Source of the DNA: a virus
Lineage: Duplodnaviria; Caudoviricetes
Reading direction: 5' to 3' (one strand)
Virus record (IMG/VR): IMGVR_UViG_3300031851_000110
Location: 1 to 30,903 of that record
DNA: 30,903 bases
This document shows positions 1 through 9,210 of the stretch, one piece after another. A model generated the notes under the pieces. It saw nothing but the letters and a program-made list of their open reading frames with translations, made no database searches and was not told where the DNA came from. The number at the start of each line of letters is the position of its first letter. Positions within the stretch are counted from its first letter, which is position 1. The position numbers and the translations under genes were made by a program.

Positions 1-3000
1 TGAACGTGTGAGTAGCACTAAATGGATCAACGTATGTTCCATAAACACTAACTTCACCGGTCCCTATATTCTTATTATCAATTCTGTATATACCACTATA
101 TAATCCCATGTTGTTTATTTTCATTGTGCTGAATAAACCAACATTAGTTAGATCCATATCTGTTGTAAATTTAAGTCCGCTGTTTACTTGTGCTCTTAGA
201 GAACTACTGCTTATATTTGCACTTACATTTGCATCTTCAACTGTAAACGAAGTTGTTATAACATTTGATATTGCAAAAACATCCTCTCTTGTAGCAAATC
301 CAATAGCAACACCGTTACCCATTGTTACTGATGTAGATAGTGTATAATTTTTATTATCTGTAATAGCAGAAACTGTTGTGTTTGCAGGTACGCCTGTACC
401 ACTTACTATTTGACCTACTTGTATATTGAAACTTCCTGTTGTGAGCACAATATTAGTACTGGATACTGCTCCATCTAATGTATCAGTATGTATAATGTTA
501 TCTGATGTTCCTGTTTTTGTTTGCTTGGTTGTTAAAGGACTAACACTAACATTACTTGCTTTATATTCAACACCGCTTTGACTTTTATCTAGTGGGTATG
601 TGTTTGCTGTATCAGTAAATGTTATATAAGAACCATCTTCTAGGTCTGCAATTTGTTCTGTGCCTTCATGTGTTATTTTAATTGTGTTACCAATACCAGT
701 TAGGTTTGCATCAACATTCCATACTTCAGATGATGCAAGGTAGTATGAAACATTACTAATATTTCCACTTAGTGCAGGTTCTACTTTTTCAATTTTTAAT
801 CTTAATGGCTCTTTATATCCTATCCCTGATATTTGAATAGAATTTTTTATAATTTGGTTTTCGTTTAAAAACAATGCTACAGGTGTATTAACATCCATAA
901 GTGATGTATCAAATGCTTTTTCCCCATCCGGTAATTGTACGTTTGCATAATAAGGATCTATATCTACATCTCGTTTTAATGCAACTACATAATCATAATA
1001 GTTTGTAATGTTTGCTTCAACTTCTGCATTACCCAAATAGTTTGCATTTGCATATTCATTTAAACTTATATCTGTGTATAAGAAACTTGTTCCTCTATTT
1101 GGGTCTTCTTCGATATATGCAATATTTGAATTTGCAGGTTCTACTAATTTGTAAACATCAAACTCTGAGTGTTCGCTTTTTGCAAAATGTACTACATCAT
1201 TCTTTTGTGGAATTTTACTTGCAGGTCTTGTATCTCTATTAAATAATCGTTCAAAGTTTGGCAAATCCATTGCTTGATATTGTACATTATATGTAGAAAC
1301 ATATCCAGCATTTGGTAATGGAGTATATTTACTATCTACTATACCCACATGACTAACACTTGATGTTGTGGGCCACAGATTTTTTGTTCTCATATCTGTT
1401 GGTCGTTGTACCATTCTAGTATTGTCGTCTACATCAATTAATATTGTTGCATCAGTTTTTACATCAGGTGTTATTTCTAATGTTCTAATTTGTTTTAGTT
1501 TTGCCGCTAAAGCATCTTTGGCTTTAACTTTAATGTTTAGCGACTGTCCAGGTAAATCTCCTTGATAGGTATCCTCAAAGTCTACTGTAGCCAATTCTAT
1601 AATTTCTATAGGTGTGTTAGAGTTTAATTCTTGTTGTGGTAATTTAGTTACGTCATGGAATGTAATACGGTTTGTATTACTGTCTACATTGGTTACACTA
1701 AATCCACTTACTGTATTTCCTTCTAGTGTATCACTTAATAATACACCGTTAACTTTAACTTCTATATGGGGATAATCTCCGTTAATAATTTGTAAGTTAT
1801 CTGATGCTATAGCACCTGAAGTAATTCCACCTATAGGTGAAAGTGTTGTACTTGTACCTGACATTGGTGTAAAGTCAAACGATATAGAACCTGATGTTGT
1901 TCGTTGTGTTGGATTGATAGTTGTTCTACTACCTGCATCAAACAACCAATCTGTTCCGTTTGTTGTAGCAGTATCGTTTACATTCACTAATACTTCAGAT
2001 TGTGTAGTAGTGTTAGCAGTTTCAAAACTGTATCGTTGCCTTGGTTGATAACGTTTTTCTTGTAATTTTAATTTGTTAGTGATATCATCTATAACTGCCG
2101 CATCTGAATTACCACCAATTGTAAAGTCGTTTGCACTAATCTGTAACATATGATTATTAACAGTTGTGTTACCACTTGCAGTACTAATTGTAATTACTTC
2201 TGCTTTAACATTAGCATTTGTATTAGCATTGGTATTGATTGCATCTGCAACTAAACTAATATTACTTGCTGAACTTAAATTAACAAAAGAAGCCGCATTT
2301 GCTGAGAAATTGTCTGTCAAGTAAATTCCTGTTAATGCATTACCACTAAATGAACCTGCATTAGGAACGTATGCACTACTAATTGCATATGGCTTACTAA
2401 AGTAAGTTGTAATATTTGCTGTTAGTAATTGTGCCGCAATAACTGTTACTGAAGGATTAATAGTATAACCATATCCTGGTTCTGTGACTGTTATGTCTTT
2501 AATTGTGCCAGACGTATTAAGATTGACAGTTGCTTTTGCTGTCGTACCTCCACCATATTGGAAAGATCCTGGAATCTCTGCAGGTGGTGGCTCAATTTCT
2601 AATATAGGTACACTATAAAATTTATTAACTCTTCCTAAAACTTCTACTTCGCTAACTGTACTAACAATATCTTCTGGATAAACAATTTGTATTAATTGTT
2701 TTTCACTTGTAATTTCTGTGTCTGCTATTTTTACATCTAGTCTTTGATGGTTTTGCACGTCACCAAAGTCACCTGCCTTCAACGCCCACTCGTCATATAC
2801 AGCAAGACTACCAGGAACTAGAACCTTATCACTGTTTAATAGTTTTTCTAGACTGCCTTTTGTTCCTTTATCTCGAATCATACCACTATAGAAATCAAAT
2901 TGATTATCGTCTACCAGTTCAAATTCTCTGAGGTACTTCCTTTCGTTGTACCCATATTGTCTTCTACTTGCTTCATACACTTGTCTTTCAACAGGCAGAT

Positions 3001-6000
3001 AACCTGTTTCGTTGTATCGGCCCATGTCTTGTGCTAAAGTATCAAAGTTAGGTTTGAGACTATCTTCGGTAACTAAATACCCCTCACTCATTAATGAGCC
3101 ATCCCAATTTTTAGTTCTTTTAACTTTTACTTTTAAACGTTTTTGTCTATGATTAAACACAGGATCATAAATTGTGTCACCAAATACTGTTTTATTATTA
3201 ACAAGCATAGCATGTTCTATACTATTTGTATGAATTATAATACCAAATATTTGTGAACCTTCTGGTGGAGAAACTGTTATTATTTGTCCTTCTCTTGTAA
3301 TTGCACATTCTGTTGGCAATATCTTTTTACCAGTTTCATCTAATATGCTAAACTGTCCTTTGAAGGATTCTTTAATGTCGCTTATACGTCCTTCTTGAGA
3401 TACAAATTTAATTTTACTAGCCATAGGACTTAAACTTAAAGTATTTCCTGCTGACCAATTACCTAAACTCCAGAATAAGAATTGCTTACCTGAATACAAC
3501 CAATCGTTAACGTCACCTATTTCGTTATTGAAATCATTAAAGTCGTACCCCATTACTTTTTGGTATCTTCCTAAGTCTATTAAGAATTCAAAAAGCTCAT
3601 GTGATGTTTTGTATACTGTTCCGTATTCTACACGTTTAACTTCGCCTGTATCTTCTAGATAGTATGTTGCTTCTGCAGAGCCTATAGTAGGTAGTTTAGA
3701 AAGTCTTTGATAAAATTCTGTATTTGTTACAGATGTTCCTGCAGGTATTTGTTCTTTTGCCTGATAATAATTGTAACCTGATTTTACTATGTCACCTGCA
3801 ACATAGTCTCTACTCATATCAAATCCACTAAAGTTAGCAGGTTCCCCACCCACAGAAATTTCAGTTTTCGGACCATCTTTATTAGGAACACCAACTTCAA
3901 AATATCTTTTTGTACTTGCAAATCCGCTTATTTTATAATATCCATCTGTAGTTAATTCTACATTAACACCCGTATAATGATTTGTTGTACTCATCGGACC
4001 ATGATGTATATTAACTTGAATATCTTCATGAGGTAATATTAAACTAGAACTATCTCCAGTTGTACTATAACTATCACTGAATACCGTCATAGTATCTTTG
4101 TCAATAAAGCCTGCAAACTTATGTCCTAATTTTCCGTTAACGGATTTAAATGGTATAGCAAATTCGTTTTGTGTGCTTATACCTTGGAATCTTAAATAGG
4201 AATCTATAAATTGTGTATACCCTGTATTTGTTAATAATGTTTTCTTATCTAATGCCATGTTACCATGCACTATTGCATCTTTAATTTTGTAACGTTTTAA
4301 TGTTGTTTTATCTAACAACTGAATGGCATTTGCAGAGCCACGAATAATTTTTTCGGGTTCTGCAAATACACTGGCAAACTTACCGGGTTTGGTAAGAAAT
4401 AGTGCCTCCGCTATAGCGAAGGGATATTGTTCTGAATATTTCCATGCATTTTCAACTGGTGCACCATCTCCAAACTTCCAGTCGGAGCCTGTTAATGTTG
4501 TATCAGATGCATACGCAATGTTTAATGTATTTGTTCTTACATAAGTTACTGAGCCTGCACTTGAATGTGTGCCTGCACCTATTATATTATTTGCTAAATC
4601 TGTTGGCGCATATCTATATTTTGGACCTGTTGTATATGGATATGCTGGATTGCCGGCGGCATCTAATGTTGCAACGTAATAGTATGTACCACCCGGGAAT
4701 TCCGGTGTTACTCCATACCTGCCGTTAAATTCGTCTAGGTCACCTGTTGCAGAATCGTACACATAGTCCTCGATGAACTCGCCTGAGGGTGTTCCACCAA
4801 CTCCTGGTGCTATTGCTGACCTTGGTCCTGTTCTTAAACTATAACTGCTTTCCAATCGTTTAATTGCACTGGTATCATTTAATCTATCGGTATATCCATA
4901 TGGACCATAAATTGGTAAGCCATCAAATGCCCAACCTAGTATAGTTGAGTGTGTATCTAATTGCCAATTAGATAATCCAACCACTTCTGGTCCCGGTTGT
5001 ATATAACCATAAATATTGTTTGAATCTGGATTACCTCCAACTGTATCTCTCCCGGATTCATTTCTATACATGTTGTTATAATGCCAATTGCTTGTAGTAT
5101 CTATTGTTACACCTGCATTAGCATTAAAAAGTAATGCGCCATTTACTGCAATTCCTACAGAAGTACTTGATGTACTTGTTGCACTTGCAAAAGATGTAAC
5201 TGTATTAGATGTTGCATTTGATTCTATAACATATTTTAATTCTTTACTTTCTATAAATGCCGTACTTCCTTCTATTGGGAATGTACCAACTGTATGATTT
5301 TGTAAATTGTTTGTGGTTATGTTTAAAAATGTATTTGCACCACTAGTCCTTTCAGTTAAATTAAGACCGTCGGTAGTATTAATAAATGGTGATGCATTAG
5401 CACTAGCAGTTCCTGTATCTGTATTTGACCAAGAAACTGTTTTAGTTGTTGCACCCGTGTTTACAATATTTGCTGGTGCTAATCGTTCAGCATTTATATT
5501 AACAGGTAATTCTAAACTTAGTCCTATACGTCTGTAAGAATTATTAAGTTTGTATACATCATTAGTAACATTTTCTCTTGTGCCTTGTCTAATAATTCCT
5601 TCTTCTAAATCTTTCCACATTGGTTTATTACCACTACCATAATTGGTATATGTTGTAGTAATATATTGAGTATCCCACCATGTTGGTTTTTTAATAAAGC
5701 CAAGCATTTCCCAAGGATGAGTATGTGGTCTTTCTGTATCGTAACAGGCTTCAAATATTCCTCTCCAATAACTAGGAGATGCTGTTCCAAAATTATAATT
5801 CCATGTATTAGAATCATTAGCATCATAATATTCATTTGAAACAAAATCTACTTCATTTCTAGAAACAAATTTATTAAAGTTTTCTCTTAATATATTATAG
5901 TATGTTGTTCTATCTATGCCTGTAGTTCTAAACTGCCCTGGTCTAATATCATGTACATTTAAGTCTGGATGTTTTATTCTTTCTCTATAAACAGTTTGTA

Positions 6001-9000
6001 TACTATTATAAACACGTTTTTCAAATTCTAATAGAACTGTGTCTTGTGTGTCATTGTCTGCTATAGTTCTACTTCCATCGTGACCAACAATAACATTAAT
6101 AGCATCTTTAAAACTTGTGTCTGATAATATTTCGGGAATGTAAACAGGTGTTAGTCCCATTGCCGCTGTTGTTGGAGGACACTGAGCACTTTCTCTATTT
6201 TTATTAAAGAATCTAACTTTAATTGTATTACCTAATGTTAAATTATAATTTTCTGTAAATGTTAATGTGCATACACCTGATGCAGATGTTATTGTATAAT
6301 CGTTATCAACTAGCAACATAATATCATTGCCATTTACGTCTTGGTCATAAACTAATATAGTGTTTTCTATATTTGTTTTATCTGCATAGTTTGTAAGAGT
6401 ATATTCTTTTTGTACTATATTATTTGTAATGATTGTTTCTTCGTCATATCTATCACCTAATGCTAACATGTAACTGTAATCAAATACTAGTTTTCCAGGA
6501 TTGTAAGATATAACATTTTGTAATACATCTTCTAAAATATCATGATTAGTCATGTTAGATGTATCATTATTATCGATATAACGTTTAATTTCTTTCTTTA
6601 ATCTGTTTTTATATTTGAGGTATTCTTCACCGTTAAATCTCATAGCATCAACAATATTAAAATTATCGTTGCTTATTAAAAATCCTGCCATTTGCAAGTC
6701 ATCGTCTGTTTGAACAATTCTGTCTGCAAATGTTTTATCATCTGTTATGTTTATAAAATTATTTGTGCCTAGAATATTACCTGTTATAGTTTCTTGCCCG
6801 CCTACATAATTTACAATATGCTCTAAATATTGAGGCTCACTGATTGTAAGTACATCAGCCTTTTCAGTATTAGAATACCAACTAATAGGTAATTCAAATC
6901 TACCTTCTCTTTTAGCATCTTTAATAATACCTGTATCAGATGTTGTTCTTACTTCTATTACATCGTTAAGTGCTAAATTAAAACTATTAAATGTAACACT
7001 TTTTAAATTTGTATTATATGTCCAGTCTGTTCTTTTTAACCCATTTACTTTTACATTAAGTTGTGTATTGTTATTTGGTATTGCTGTGATTTCCCAAACA
7101 AGTTTTTTTGTATCTAAATTATTTTGAGTAACAATAAATGTATCTTCTATTTTTTGTTTGAACGGTTGTTTGTGTCCTACCCAAGTTGTGTCATATGTAA
7201 CATCTCCGTTAGGTAATATTTTCTTGTAGTAAATGTAACCTTTAGCAAAGTTTGTTGAGTTACCACCAAACGGTATGTAACTTATAACGTCTCCTGATAA
7301 ATTATTATCGTAAACTATTTCACTAAAGTTATTAAAATTTTTGTAGTGTAACGGAAAGCCTAAAACACTATCATTAACAGTATTTGTTAATCCAGGTTTG
7401 TATGAAAATATTTTAGTACCTGCAAAAGATGATTGCGGGTATGTTAAAGTGTCTCCTAGAGACTTTTTATTAACATCATATCCTTGAAATAATGGAGCAG
7501 TATTTACTTTAGTTTTTTGCTGTCCGACCAACCATCTTGTTCCTGACCAATAATATTCTTTACCTTGATGGTTATTACCAAATAATATTGAAACAATATC
7601 GCCTACTTCTGGTGAGTAAGGAACAAAGTTTCCATCTCCGTCTATTGCTCCTGTAGGATTTGTATCTGCAGGAAGCCTTGTTAATTTAACTCTATCTTTG
7701 AATGTTAGTTCGGTACCATCTGCAATAGTATCTGCATTTGAAGATGTTATTGTATTTGTACTTCTATCAACTGTTAATACCAGGGAGCCTTCAGAAATAC
7801 CTGTTCCTGATATAGTTGCTCCTATGTATACATCGGTTGTTGATGTTAATACAATAGTAGCAGACGCACTAACAGAACCGTTTACAGTTTGTTTTTGCTC
7901 GTCTTCTACAACATAGATATATCTAGATACTGCTGTTTCTTCATCCGGTATAATAATTTTATTATTAATTTTTAAACCTTGGCTATCTAGTGGAGCACTT
8001 ACAGGTCTGCCTTCTATTTCAGATAGAGTATAATCTTCTCCACTTAAATCTGCACTAAAACTTAAACCCTTATTACCAAAGTTATATAATTCTAAATTTC
8101 TATCAAATTCTAAAATAGGTCTTTTTGCTCTATATTTTTTAGCAGGCAAAGAACTTCCTGCTTCTAAAAATCTATCTTTGTGATGCCAAAAGTTAATTCT
8201 ACTCCAGGTATTATTATCCGTTGTTCCTCTTTGCATTAACATATAGTCTGGTGTTTCTTGTGTGTTACCACCGTCCCATGGACTGTTATCAAATCCATAT
8301 TCACCGTCATTTATATAAGATAAAAATTCGCCTGCACCTGTAACATAACCTTTCCAGTAAGTATCTCCTGATTCAGTTATATCGTCTAAGGTATTAAAAA
8401 CTGTTCCTGTTAATTGTCCTAATGCATCATAGTATGGTCTGCCTGATAACCCTATCGCTGTAATGGCGCCTGAAGGTTTATCCGTAGCAATTAAATTTGA
8501 TTCTGCTGTGATTATTTCTTGATCCCACGGTACAAAAGCCGGAGTTGAGAACACAGCACTATAGTTTTGTTCTTTTGCATATAATATAATGCTTTCCCCA
8601 ACACCCTCTACAATATATCTAGCACCCATGTAAGATTCAGGTATTACATGTTCTCCAGTAAACTCTACTACAGCACCATTCTTTAATTCGATACCGTTAG
8701 GCGAAGTATAAGACTTCTTGCCTAATATATCTTTTAATACATTGATAGGTGTTGCTAAGGTTCCGTTAATGGAAATAGTTCTTGGGCCTTCTGTACTCCA
8801 AAAGTATTCTTGATAGTTTATTAACTTATCATAATTAATTGGTGGAAGGAAACTGTAAAAGTTTGTGTCGAATAAAACGTTTTGTTTGTTTGTATCAGCA
8901 CCATAACTGCTTAGTTGGTTTAAAAAGTCCTCATAGAACAATATGTTTGTAGAATCACCTTCTACTGGATCTAAAGAATTAACAACTGGTTCTAAACTAT

Positions 9001-9202
9001 ATTTTTCTCTTTCTGGTGTATGCTCTTGTACATAAAAATCATTATTAGGGTTGAATTGCTCAAATTCTTTTCTACCTACGTAGGCTGAAATAGATTCAAT
9101 ATTACTTTTACTGAATAATTGCTCAACTGTAGTTTCAAAAAAGTTTTTCAGTACAGTAGTTTGTAACTGTCCTGGTAACTTTTTAATTTGCTTGTCAGCC
9201 AT
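1..9202 (-). CDS. Giant baseplate wedge/structural protein (T4 gp7-like position), >=3067 aa, 3' end beyond window
   Basis: Not in the ORF track because no stop falls inside the window. ATG at 9202 with AGGA upstream, 8 nt after the stop of the gp6-like gene. Starts MADKQIKKLPGQLQTTVLKNFFETTVEQLF. Spot translations at several places stay in frame to the edge (...YVDPFSATHTF). Contains FYSGMIRDKGTKGSLEKLL (KGT motif as in gp7/P2 gpI-type wedges), IKDITVTEPGYGYT-type beta segments and a YHYH-like domain. Confidence 0.85.
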   Translation of the reverse strand, partial: MADKQIKKLPGQLQTTVLKNFFETTVEQLFSKSNIESISAYVGRKEFEQFNPNNDFYVQEHTPEREKYSLEPVVNSLDPVEGDSTNILFYEDFLNQLSSYGADTNKQNVLFDTNFYSFLPPINYDKLINYQEYFWSTEGPRTISINGTLATPINVLKDILGKKSYTSPNGIELKNGAVVEFTGEHVIPESYMGARYIVEGVGESIILYAKEQNYSAVFSTPAFVPWDQEIITAESNLIATDKPSGAITAIGLSGRPYYDALGQLTGTVFNTLDDITESGDTYWKGYVTGAGEFLSYINDGEYGFDNSPWDGGNTQETPDYMLMQRGTTDNNTWSRINFWHHKDRFLEAGSSLPAKKYRAKRPILEFDRNLELYNFGNKGLSFSADLSGEDYTLSEIEGRPVSAPLDSQGLKINNKIIIPDEETAVSRYIYVVEDEQKQTVNGSVSASATIVLTSTTDVYIGATISGTGISEGSLVLTVDRSTNTITSSNADTIADGTELTFKDRVKLTRLPADTNPTGAIDGDGNFVPYSPEVGDIVSILFGNNHQGKEYYWSGTRWLVGQQKTKVNTAPLFQGYDVNKKSLGDTLTYPQSSFAGTKIFSYKPGLTNTVNDSVLGFPLHYKNFNNFSEIVYDNNLSGDVISYIPFGGNSTNFAKGYIYYKKILPNGDVTYDTTWVGHKQPFKQKIEDTFIVTQNNLDTKKLVWEITAIPNNNTQLNVKVNGLKRTDWTYNTNLKSVTFNSFNLALNDVIEVRTTSDTGIIKDAKREGRFELPISWYSNTEKADVLTISEPQYLEHIVNYVGGQETITGNILGTNNFINITDDKTFADRIVQTDDDLQMAGFLISNDNFNIVDAMRFNGEEYLKYKNRLKKEIKRYIDNNDTSNMTNHDILEDVLQNVISYNPGKLVFDYSYMLALGDRYDEETIITNNIVQKEYTLTNYADKTNIENTILVYDQDVNGNDIMLLVDNDYTITSASGVCTLTFTENYNLTLGNTIKVRFFNKNRESAQCPPTTAAMGLTPVYIPEILSDTSFKDAINVIVGHDGSRTIADNDTQDTVLLEFEKRVYNSIQTVYRERIKHPDLNVHDIRPGQFRTTGIDRTTYYNILRENFNKFVSRNEVDFVSNEYYDANDSNTWNYNFGTASPSYWRGIFEACYDTERPHTHPWEMLGFIKKPTWWDTQYITTTYTNYGSGNKPMWKDLEEGIIRQGTRENVTNDVYKLNNSYRRIGLSLELPVNINAERLAPANIVNTGATTKTVSWSNTDTGTASANASPFINTTDGLNLTERTSGANTFLNITTNNLQNHTVGTFPIEGSTAFIESKELKYVIESNATSNTVTSFASATSTSSTSVGIAVNGALLFNANAGVTIDTTSNWHYNNMYRNESGRDTVGGNPDSNNIYGYIQPGPEVVGLSNWQLDTHSTILGWAFDGLPIYGPYGYTDRLNDTSAIKRLESSYSLRTGPRSAIAPGVGGTPSGEFIEDYVYDSATGDLDEFNGRYGVTPEFPGGTYYYVATLDAAGNPAYPYTTGPKYRYAPTDLANNIIGAGTHSSAGSVTYVRTNTLNIAYASDTTLTGSDWKFGDGAPVENAWKYSEQYPFAIAEALFLTKPGKFASVFAEPEKIIRGSANAIQLLDKTTLKRYKIKDAIVHGNMALDKKTLLTNTGYTQFIDSYLRFQGISTQNEFAIPFKSVNGKLGHKFAGFIDKDTMTVFSDSYSTTGDSSSLILPHEDIQVNIHHGPMSTTNHYTGVNVELTTDGYYKISGFASTKRYFEVGVPNKDGPKTEISVGGEPANFSGFDMSRDYVAGDIVKSGYNYYQAKEQIPAGTSVTNTEFYQRLSKLPTIGSAEATYYLEDTGEVKRVEYGTVYKTSHELFEFLIDLGRYQKVMGYDFNDFNNEIGDVNDWLYSGKQFLFWSLGNWSAGNTLSLSPMASKIKFVSQEGRISDIKESFKGQFSILDETGKKILPTECAITREGQIITVSPPEGSQIFGIIIHTNSIEHAMLVNNKTVFGDTIYDPVFNHRQKRLKVKVKRTKNWDGSLMSEGYLVTEDSLKPNFDTLAQDMGRYNETGYLPVERQVYEASRRQYGYNERKYLREFELVDDNQFDFYSGMIRDKGTKGSLEKLLNSDKVLVPGSLAVYDEWALKAGDFGDVQNHQRLDVKIADTEITSEKQLIQIVYPEDIVSTVSEVEVLGRVNKFYSVPILEIEPPPAEIPGSFQYGGGTTAKATVNLNTSGTIKDITVTEPGYGYTINPSVTVIAAQLLTANITTYFSKPYAISSAYVPNAGSFSGNALTGIYLTDNFSANAASFVNLSSASNISLVADAINTNANTNANVKAEVITISTASGNTTVNNHMLQISANDFTIGGNSDAAVIDDITNKLKLQEKRYQPRQRYSFETANTTTQSEVLVNVNDTATTNGTDWLFDAGSRTTINPTQRTTSGSISFDFTPMSGTSTTLSPIGGITSGAIASDNLQIINGDYPHIEVKVNGVLLSDTLEGNTVSGFSVTNVDSNTNRITFHDVTKLPQQELNSNTPIEIIELATVDFEDTYQGDLPGQSLNIKVKAKDALAAKLKQIRTLEITPDVKTDATILIDVDDNTRMVQRPTDMRTKNLWPTTSSVSHVGIVDSKYTPLPNAGYVSTYNVQYQAMDLPNFERLFNRDTRPASKIPQKNDVVHFAKSEHSEFDVYKLVEPANSNIAYIEEDPNRGTSFLYTDISLNEYANANYLGNAEVEANITNYYDYVVALKRDVDIDPYYANVQLPDGEKAFDTSLMDVNTPVALFLNENQIIKNSIQISGIGYKEPLRLKIEKVEPALSGNISNVSYYLASSEVWNVDANLTGIGNTIKITHEGTEQIADLEDGSYITFTDTANTYPLDKSQSGVEYKASNVSVSPLTTKQTKTGTSDNIIHTDTLDGAVSSTNIVLTTGSFNIQVGQIVSGTGVPANTTVSAITDNKNYTLSTSVTMGNGVAIGFATREDVFAISNVITTSFTVEDANVSANISSSSLRAQVNSGLKFTTDMDLTNVGLFSTMKINNMGLYSGIYRIDNKNIGTGEVSVYGTYVDPFSATHTF

Positions 9203-9210
9203 GGTATTCC

